Positions 41,109 to 51,100 of a stretch of DNA of 64,000 nucleotides are shown here, piece after piece. A program made the translations under genes and the position numbers. The stretch's first letter is position 1; each line of letters starts with the position of its first letter. The DNA is from Paragordius varius (lineage: Eukaryota; Animalia; Nematomorpha): positions 12,028,001 through 12,092,000 of the forward strand of contig OZ176053.1 of assembly GCA_964247055.1 (NCBI GenBank), in the 5' to 3' direction. The notes under the pieces are model-generated. The model was not told the origin of the DNA, ran no database searches, and saw only the letters and a list, made by a program, of their open reading frames with translations.

Positions 41109-41693
41109 TTAACACTTGGATACAACACATTCATTTTAGTCCTTCGATCAAATTGGGGTAGTTAAATAACCCAGGCCTACTTAAATAAAAATTCTTTAAA
41201 AAATATGGAAGGAATTTAAACCATGGCAAAATTTTGCACTTATATAACATTAATAAAGCGAAATATATAAAAAAATTTTAATAAAAAATACTTGATATTA
41301 CTTATTTTAAGCTAAATCTGAAAGGTAAAAATTTAATCAACATGACATATGTGCATTTGTTAAATCTAAATATAACGCAAAATAAACCACTTTTTCTATT
41401 TTCATCAATTTCAGATGTAATTTAAATAAAAAATTAGCTTTAGTTTTACCCTTAAAATTAAATTAAGACGATATTTTGCAAAAGCAAAATAAAAATGGCG
41501 TCGAAGTAATTTGACATGAAACTTTTTTTTCAAAACAAAATTTTATTTAGATATTTTGGCATATTTATATAATTTTTATTAGGATAGAAGCATAAATTTA
41601 AATTGGGACCGTTTATTTCAGTAGTTTTTAAAAATTCCTAATTAAAATTTAGTCTGGGATATTTAGATACCCCAATTGGAATCGAAGTGTTAA
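41109..41693. mobile_element. piggyBac-type MITE (TTAA-flanked), inverted copy of 6911-7496
   Basis: TTAACACTTGGATAC ... ATCGAAGTGTTAA; colinear with the reverse complement of 6911-7496. Ends ~110 bp upstream of the RILPL coding region. Confidence 0.8.
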
Positions 41694-41800
41694 TGTGTTT
41701 TATCCATTAATTTATAATTTAAATTTTCAACATGTGTGTATCAAGCCAAATACATTCATTACACCCACATGAAAATTTTTAGCTATTGATTTTTTTATCC

Positions 41801-44800
41801 ATGTTTAGTAATGTTTTGAGAAACGAGCAGCTACAACCTGATAATCAAGAATTTGATTCCGATTTAATGCCGTCTTATATCAAAAATATATCTCAACTTA
41901 CCGTTGCGGATGTTTATGAATCTGCTGCAGATATCGGCAAAGAATTTGAACGTTTAATTGATGTGTATGGAACGAATGAATTTATGTCGTTTATGCCTAA
42001 AGTTGTGAAAGTACTCGAGGAATTAGAGGCGTTAGCTGCGAGAAATGAACAAGACAATTTGGAAATTACAAATTTGACTTATGCTTTAGAGAAACTGGAA
42101 AACGAAAAATCCGAAAGAAATTTGGAAAAAATTAAATATGAAAAGGTATAATACTTTTTAAAACCATAGGAACTTGAACAAATGGAAGATGACTGGAAAG
42201 GGGAAGCCAAACAACTTGCACAATTGGTGGAGCGGTTAAAAGACGAAAATTTTAAATTAAGCAAAAGATTGGAAGAGACATCCAAATCTTCGACCAAACC
42301 TCTTTCCTATTCTAATGGAACTACTCATATAAAACTTACAACTCCAGATAAATCACCTCTTATAGCCAATCAATTAGGTTTTTTATATTCATTACATTTC
42401 AATTTTTAACCAAATGCGTAAATTTCTACCGTAATTTTAAGTTTAAGGTAAAATAAACCCCTTATAATTATTAAACTATCCATAATTGCATATTTGAATA
42501 TTACATATATTTTTTTGGTTTAACAATTTTAAATTGTTTTTTATTGACATTATTAAATAAAATTGTTTTTTACACTTAACCTACATATGAAATATATATA
42601 TTGGCATTATGTATAATTTTATTTATACGTGTATCGGAATTAATTAGTGTATTGATGAGATATGATATCTTTTATGTAAGACATTATAGGAAAGTTAGTT
42701 ATATATTGGAATCCAAAATGGAATACATCCTCATTTTATTATTGGAGACAATATATAAAATACTTATTAAAAAAATATAATTTATTTTACATAACAACAT
42801 TTGAGAAATATCTTTTACTAACTTTAAGTCTACTTTTATAAATTATATTTGCTTTTAATAGTGATAAAAAATGTAAAATAATTTGTTTAATAAATAACTA
42901 AAATATAATTAAACCAATTAAATACACTTTTAAATAGTTTTGATTTTAGTTTTTCCAACAAACACTTAAATAACTATATACTAGTTTATAATAATATGAT
43001 GTGTATGTTTTTTAAGAGTAAGAAGACTGTCAAAATGTTTGTTTTGTTAAAAAATCGATTTTTTACTTTCCTAAAATCAAAGGGTATTTTTTATAAATAG
43101 GACATTTTAGCAATACGAATTATTATGATTGTTGGATTGTCTAAGCATTTTGTTTAGCGTAACAACATAGACCTGTCTTTGGTATAGTTATTTAAAATAA
43201 ATCTTGGCCATTTTTTGCCTTTTTTGTTTTAATTTTTAACCGATAAATTATTTTATAGATATACCTGGTGGTCAGTAATAATTGTTTAAATAAAAATGTT
43301 TTTATAGCTTTATTTAACAACAGCACATCGAGAGGTATTTCTTATTTTTGATATGCGATTTTGTAAATTTTGCATAATGTTTTTTCACTATTTGAGATCG
43401 ATTAATAACTCCTTCATAATGGATGGATAATTTTAGGACTCCATATTCGGAGTTTTATATCCACGAAGTAGCTTCCTCCATAAATTACGATCTTTACATT
43501 GTTCTGTGGAAAGCCTACTTTGATTCAAGTCCATTTTTATATTATCATTATAAGAAAAGAGTGGTCGTCCCTTTCTTCTATTGCCATCAACATTAATGTT
43601 ATCAACAGTTTTTAACGGATGGGTGGCGTCTCTTCTCTGAGTATGACCGTATAGACGCAATCTGTTAGTTTGAATTATATAATCGATTTTATCGTTTTCT
43701 TTAATGAAAATTGGTATTTCTGGTGTACGAAAGCAGCTTTTGAGTATTCGATTCTCACTGGTTAGGAGTTTTGTTTGATTTGTTTTGTTTAATGCCCAGG
43801 TTTCAGAACCATAGGTAAGAGCAGGTCTTATTCCTGCCTTGTAAAGATACCATTTATTACGATTGTTAACATTTTTGTTTTGGAAAACATATTTTAATTG
43901 ATTATATTTTATCCAACCTTGTTGTATTCTTCTTTTGATAGCCTTTTGTGGGCTTCCCTGAGATGATATGACATCTCCTAGGTATACGAAAGAGTCAACC
44001 AATTTGATGTCATGTCCATCACTGTTAAGTAGCTTTGGTCGATTAAAATTTTTATTGCTTGGGTCTAAGCAATTTAAGCATTTAAAATTTATAACCTATT
44101 GCCACCTCCCCGTGGTGTTGGCTGGGGCATGAAAATGCGCTAACGGCAAAGGCCAGTTTTCTAATGATCTGTAAAATCATTAGTTGTACACAAGGGCATG
44201 TGTTACGTAAAAAATTGCCTCAATAAACCATGAAGTATAATAATATCCTTCATAATAATTTAATAAAATAATAATATTTTTAGAAACCCTAACCAAAGAT
44301 TTTGAAGTTGTCAATATGCTCGGGAACACGGTCGAAAAATTGGAAAAACAATTAAAAATACGCGATGAACAACTGTTAAAGAAATGTTCGGAAACTGAAA
44401 CGGTGAATTTATCAAAATTACCATTTTTTAATTTTAAGTTTATAGATCGTAATTTGTATGGATTTGTGGTGAGTTAACCCATTAACCTCATTTTTATCCA
44501 TTATGGTTTTTTTGTATGAAATTTTAACATGCACAAACCGGTATAATGTGAATAATCTGGTAGAAAACGCCTTATTAACAATCATTTCATTTTATAAAGA
44601 TTTTGGTCAGAGGTGTCCAAAACAAATATCTTTGCGGCTGCTTTTATAATTTTTGGGTTTTTTCTTTTATTTTGAATTTTGGATAATAAATCTTTTAAAT
44701 AATTATAATCTTTGATTGAAATCCTATTTAATATTTTTTTGAGCTCTTCGTACAGGAAAAAACATGTTGGATATCGATTTAGGGGATTTTTATTGCGATT

Positions 44801-47323
44801 TTTTATGGCGACCAATTAAATTTTTTACAAGATTTTTTATTCTATCTCATGTATTATCAGGATGAGTTTAATTAATATTTAAACCGATAGTTATCATTTT
44901 ATTACATATTTTCCCCAAAAATCTTTCTAAATATTACATTTAATTAACCTTTTAGTTATACTAACAGAATATTGTTTTTATCAGATGGAAAATCAAGTCA
45001 TGCGTTTATCCAAAGTGTGCCAGGAATTGAGGCGGAAAAATCAAACTTTGCAAAAACATTTGCACGTTCTGATTGACGATAAGACTGATCAACAACTCGA
45101 AATTCAGGAAAAAGATCATCAATTGTTGGAACTTAAAGATAGACTTCACACGTATGAACCAAACATTTTGGATTCCTTAATGGATAACAATACTGAATCT
45201 ATGAATCAAGTATGCTTAATATTTAGCTTTTAATACATAAAGTTTAGTTAAATTGTATTTCCTGTGAGTATTATTAATAACTTTTAAAGTGACGGCATTT
45301 TCTAATCGAGTAACTATTTACAAAAGTAATATATGTAATGGTTATTAAATAAATGTTATGTATATATGGTTATAAAATTTGTTGTAATGTTAGATTTTTT
45401 ATATATATAAAATTGTTTCGAGAGTATATTAATAATCATTAATTTTTAATATTTTTTAATCCCAATTTTACAGTCATGTACACTTACAGTATATGCGAGA
45501 TGCTATAAAAAATTAGCAAAACTCCCCGTTAAAAAACGATCAATTAAAATGGTAAAAAGCATGTGAAACCAAATTTGTAAAGCTTTTAATAAACATTACT
45601 TATCATTACAGAGTATGGTTAGTAATAGCAACACATCCGAAACGAGCGATGATGGAAATAATGTGGCTAGATTCACATTGGCAGAATTGAAAGAACTCAT
45701 TCGCGAAAAGAATGAATATAAGGCCCGTTTAATGGAAGCCGAAGAGGAATTAGCCTTTTTCCGGCCAAAGTTTGAGTTTGGTCTTTTATTTTACTGTGAA
45801 TATAAAAAAAATTGATTTGAAAACGCTATAAAAAGCTCTGTTAAACACTAGTATCCTATTTTTGGATTTTTTTATATTTAATTTTTTAAGTATTTTACCT
45901 AATGATATTTGGGGTGAATAGATAGAGAATCAACCATATTTAACAATTTTAAAAATTTATTATATAGATGAAATGGGGGTATATAAATAGTGGTTAAATA
46001 ATTAATAATGTTTATGACTGTCTAAGCAGTTCTATACTATAGTCTAATATTAAATTTTTACGTTTTCACGATTATATTCTCAATGATTATTGTATTTTGA
46101 TTTTACTAAATTTTGATAAGATGCTATTTGATGTTTAAAAACCGTATGTAATATTTTGTTTAATTATGTGGAATATATATTAAATGATTCAAAACAGGCT
46201 TGGTCAATAAAAAAATATATATTACTATAATAATTTGAAATTCCATTGCAAAAATATGCTCATAAAATCTTAGTAATATCGATTTTATTTAAAACAAATT
46301 TTTTAAATCTTTCTAAATGGCAACAACCCAGAAAAAAATTGGGAAAATAATTTACCCTGATATTGTGTTTGCATTTTTTACAGTCTAATATTATAATATT
46401 AATGCCGGTATATTTTTTTGCGGCGGAGCCATTTATGTTGAATCTTTAGTCCTGTTTTCTTTTTTCGAGCTATTAACACGTCTTTTGCCATATCCAAAAA
46501 CACTATCCATTTTTTTCACAAATTTTTAACATAAATTTATTTTTAATTTTGCTTTTATAAAATATTCAAAAAGTTTTGATTATTGAACCAAAAATATTTT
46601 TCAATGACAATTAACCCAAAGCTTATATCAATTTTTTTAAATCAACATAATTGGTTCATATATTTTTTTTGAATATTTTTTATTAATCCAACTAAAACTA
46701 TAGCGCTATGTATTTATTCCATAATAAAAATTTTGAAAATTATGCCTATAATTTATCCTCATATATTAGGCCAGTAGATAATCAGGTAGGTGCCGACGAA
46801 GAAGAATTGGTCGTTCAAGGTCCCATTAATCGAGAACCCGATGAAAAGTTATATCCTTGGAAGTATAGCGGTTTAAACCGCAAGAAAAATCCACCCTATG
46901 GAATAAGGAGATTGTAATTTTATATTAACTATTAATCTCAATGACTTTGTATATATATGTAATATGGGAAATATTATGTGCGTGCTTGGAAGATTATTAA
47001 ATTGGCACAAAGAAATAATTGTTTGCAATTCAGTAAAAATTGAAATTATAATATAAGACACAAACTTAAACACAAATATTAAATTTTAAAAAAAGACAAG
47101 CATATTTTTAAACATTAATTTAGCTTGATATTTTCATAAATTAAGATATTTTTAAACATGAAATGATTTGTGCAAAATCCATTCTAGTTTTAATTATATT
47201 TTTTATTCTTAATTTTATACATAAAATTATATTTTGATATATAGCTTTAGATGCCTGTTAAACAAAATTGCGCAATCCACGGAATCGAGTCAAAGCAGTT
47301 TTAATTGGGATATTTTAACTTAA
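41801..47323 (+). CDS. RILPL1: RILP-like protein (exons 41801-42145, 42170-42377, 44284-44402, 44985-45209, 45612-45769, 46770-46913, 47245-47323; ~425 aa; start codon uncertain)
   Basis: RH1 domain LTVADVYESAADIGKEFERLIDVYG...MPKVVKVLEELE and KELEQMEDDWKGEAKQL; RH2 domain RFTLAELKELIREKNEYKARLMEAEEELAFF; C-terminal VQGPINREPDE...GIRRFFRCL. Junctions keep frame. It could equally be the single invertebrate RILP/RILPL homologue. Confidence 0.92.
43421..44245 (-). mobile_element. RTE-clade LINE insertion (3' end of the ORF plus an inverted ~150-nt segment), flanked by an 11-bp TSD, in RILPL intron 2
   Basis: Open frame 44095 to 43433: FVYLGDVIS...IKRRIQQGW...GIRPALTYGSETWAL...RLRLYGH...GNRRKGRP. 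Short (ATCC)2 tail. TCCTTCATAAT at both 43410-43420 and 44246-44256. Confidence 0.9.
44095..44152 (+). ncRNA. HDV-like (R2/RTE-type) self-cleaving ribozyme core
   Basis: P2 TTGCC (44099-44103) / GGCAA (44145-44149); P3 ACC/GGT around L3 TCCCCGT; P1 3' strand GTTGGCT; P1.1 GG; P4 GCAT-GAAA-ATGC; J4/2 GCTAAC with candidate catalytic C44140. The P1 5' strand is not adjacent (see findings). Confidence 0.65.
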
Positions 47324-47600
47324 AACTCGGTCATATTTATTACCAGCTCATAATTTATATTATTTACATTCCCAAATTTATTCATTAAAACATGTGCAAT
47401 ATTTTTTATATATATTTTAAGAATCTCTAATTTATTGTTTTGTTTTTATTTCATTTGATTAAAGTATTGTTAGTGCATTAAATCAACAATCCATTGGATT
47501 ATGTCACACAACTAACTATTGGTAATATATTTTATATATCTTTTTTAAATAAATATAATGTGCTACTTAAAAACTATCTCTTTTATTCAAATGACAATTG

Positions 47601-47757
47601 TTAACCGCGAAAATATACTAAAAACTGAAATTATACGGGCAAAATGTAAAAATTATAAAGACAAATATTTTTTTCAAAAGATAACCATACTTTTTTAAAA
47701 AACTTTACCTATATATAAATTATCTAGTTATAATCTTTTAAATAATTAATTGTGTTA

Positions 47758-47791
<34 letters not shown>

Positions 47792-47912
47792 ACTTTGCCA
47801 TAATAAAAAATATTTAAAATTATAATTATCTTTTAGAAAAAAATATTTGTCTTTATGTTTTTAAGTTTTGTCGTATAATTTTAATTTTTACTGTATATAT
47901 AAATTTCTTTAA
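47601..47912. repeat. Hairpin/MITE-like inverted repeat with an (AT)14 centre, between the convergent RILPL and beta-adaptin 3' ends
   Basis: AAATTATACGGGCAAAATGTAAAAATTATAAAGACAAATATTTTTTTC matches the reverse complement of ~47826-47885. TTAA at both outer ends. A related fragment lies near 54720-54790. Confidence 0.6.
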
Positions 47913-48162
47913 TTTGCCATTTTATAATTAGTGAAGCTTAAAATCGATTACAATGCATTTTATCAAATATTTATCATTAAAATAAAACGCCTTAGTATAA
48001 AAATTAAAAACAAAAATTAGGTAATGAGTGCAAAAAAATTTATTTTTAAATTGTTGTGCTATATATGTATATATATTATAAATTTTATAAAAAATCAAAA
48101 ATTATATGTAAGATAATTAAGCAACCAATGGTGAAGGTATTACAAAAAAAATGGTTCAACAG

Positions 48163-51100
48163 TTAATATTGTAACAAAGTTTCATAAGCGCGTTGAAGGA
48201 AAGGTACAATATCCATCGTTTTGCATCGAACTGATAACTAAGTTTATAATAAATAAAATTTTTCAAACAACTTAATTTATATAATTGACAAAATTTAAAA
48301 TAATATAATAAATAAGCTATGAAAACCATAGTTTATGATTTTTTTAATGTATTAAATAGTTTTAAGTTGCGATATATGAATGTTATGTTTAATAACTTAA
48401 TTATTTTTGTTAACTTAACTCAATGGACCTTTTCATATTAGTTAACTTAATTGACCTTATATGTGCTTTAGTTAATTGTGAATGAAAATATTATGTTATC
48501 CTTCTCTCTTACCTTAGTGCATAAAAATATTGCATTATATATAGTTTTAGAGCAAGGTTGCATTTTTGCATAAGTTTAAATATTACAGTATTTGGTGAAA
48601 GCATTCAACATATCAAACGTAACAAGGACAAAAGGTATTATGCACTGGAGTAAGAGAGAAGGATAACATTATATTTTCATTCACAATCAACTAAAGCATA
48701 TATAAGATCAATTTAGTTAACTAATAAAGAAAAGGTCAATTGAGTTAAGTTAAGCAAAAACAATTAAGTTATTAAACATAACATATCTCCTATCTAAATT
48801 TAAAAGTGATTTGTGTATCTGCCAGGGGCTTTTCGGCTTCTGGTGGGATAGCGTCTTTCTACTAGTATTTCCAGGCTTGGGGGTTCTGCAATCTTATCGC
48901 CGTCGGGATTTTGCTGATTATTGTGGAAGTCTTGACAAATATCCGGGGAAGGATTGGTATCATCATTATTGATATTGTTATCAATAAACCATGAGAGGGG
49001 GTGGACATGATATTATAATATTGTTATTCTGTTGTTCCGATTCCAATTCTTTCTGGTCAACTAGCTTAAGTTCATCTGGACCTTATTTTTGCCCTCTTAA
49101 TTGATCAGCATGTTTTCGTACTATCTTCGATATTGTGTGACAATAATCCAGTCCGCTCTACTACTTTTCCTTCTCGCCAACCGGCTTCTAACTCATTCTT
49201 AATACATACTTTCTCACCTGGAACGAACTCATGTATACTATCTGAGGTACCATCAATATAATCCTTTGGTTTTCCTTTCATAATGGACATCAGTGTCGGT
49301 AAATTTCGTTTTAGAAATAGTCGTGCAGGTGTTTAATTTATACCATTGTGATGTGCTGACCTGTAAGCCCACAATACCTGGTTTAACTGGCGTTCTGGAA
49401 CTGCTACTTCAGAATTACGCATATAATAGTGCGTTTTTAAGGTTTGAATAACCCTTTGCACTAAACCACTTGTCCGAGGGTGGTATGGCGCAGAAGTTAC
49501 ATGCTTGATATTAGAGGAACTTAATATTCTTTCAAAATCACCGGACTTAAAATACGACGCATTATCAGTTACAATCATCTTTGGGGTTCCATATCGTGCA
49601 TACCAACTTTCTCAAACTTTCATAATACTGATCGATTGTTTTAAGCTGTGCCACTTCCTTTCAATGGGTACAGTGATCTATAAGTATGACCCAGTAGAGG
49701 TTATCTACGGGTATATCGAGATGCAATCGCTCCCAAACGGTGGTGTTAGGGTTCCATTTATAAGTCGGGCTTACTGCAATGTTGAATCGTGACTTTTGAC
49801 AACTTGAACATCTTTGCACCCCCTGGTTCAATTTGGCAGTCTTACCTAACGCTTTTATGGACTGGATACCAGGGTGACCTTTATGAAGATAAGAATATCG
49901 ACCCTCATGCTTTGAGGAACAAGACGGTCACCTAGATATAGATCAGTATGTTTTTGTAAAACCCCACCCATATAGTAAACGTATTAAAATCGAATAATGA
50001 GTTATGAATGTGCGCAGATTTTAAAGTGTCAATAAATAAATACATAAAAACACCTTAATATTTAATACCGACATTTGATGATTTGATTTCCAAAAATTTA
50101 CATGGTAAGACGTTTTAACAGTAGATTTAAAAGATCCTTATCTTCAAATTCTAGTGCACCCGGAATCTCAAAATCTTCTACAATATCCACACCTCTTGGG
50201 TTTTTTAAATATACTTGGCTCCCTTTTGGTCCGTCGTGTGCACCAGTTTTTTACAACAGATCATGGATGAGTTATTAGGGGATTGTAAGGGAGCGGTCTA
50301 CTTAGATGATATAATTGTTACGTGGGAAAAGGATGAGGAGCATTATAAAATTCTAACACGAGTATTTGGAAGATTAGAACGAATAAGTCTTAAATTAAAA
50401 ATAAAATAAAGATTTTTCAACTGAAAGTAGAATATTTGGGGTTTACTATATTATAAAAAAGTATAAAACCAGCGAGCAGTAAAAATTGAGGCCATTCACG
50501 AGTGTCCAGCCCCCAAAGATAAAACAAGTCTCCGATCGTTTTTGGGCTTTTTAAATTTCATATTTATACCTTCTCTAAATACAATTGTCAACGAACTTCA
50601 TCAGCTAGCTGGTTCTAAAAAGAAATGGTGTTGGACAGATGTACATCAAAATATTTTTGAAAGGGCTATGTTGTCAATAGGGAATAACACCCGTCACTTT
50701 TCTGTTAAACCAATGCTTCCCCTTATATTAGAAACAGATGCATCCCGGGATGGCTTCAGGGCCATCCTGTCGCACAAGACGTCGGAAGGTAAACGACCCA
50801 ATGCATATTTTTCTTAAAAATGTTCCCCAGCTGAAAAAAAAATATTTAATTATAGAAAAAGAGGCAAAAGCCATTGGATTGGCTCTAGAGAATTTAAAAC
50901 ATTTTTATATTATAGAAAATTCGATATCAAAATAGACCATAATCATTCGGGCATCAAGGTGTATTAGGCGAGCTAAACAATAGAAAATTTCTAAGATGGA
51001 TTTCAAGAACATCCATTTTCCACTTCAACACAATGTACTATCCGGGAACTGAAAATCTAGCAGACTCACTATCAAGATTACCAGCTAAGATAACTGAAGA

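Noticed and set aside
44158-44190. CTAATGA...GAAA on the minus strand as a hammerhead core
   Set aside because: The core is CUAAUGA rather than CUGAUGA and is buried in a hairpin stem; the plus-strand HDV-like fold explains the region better.
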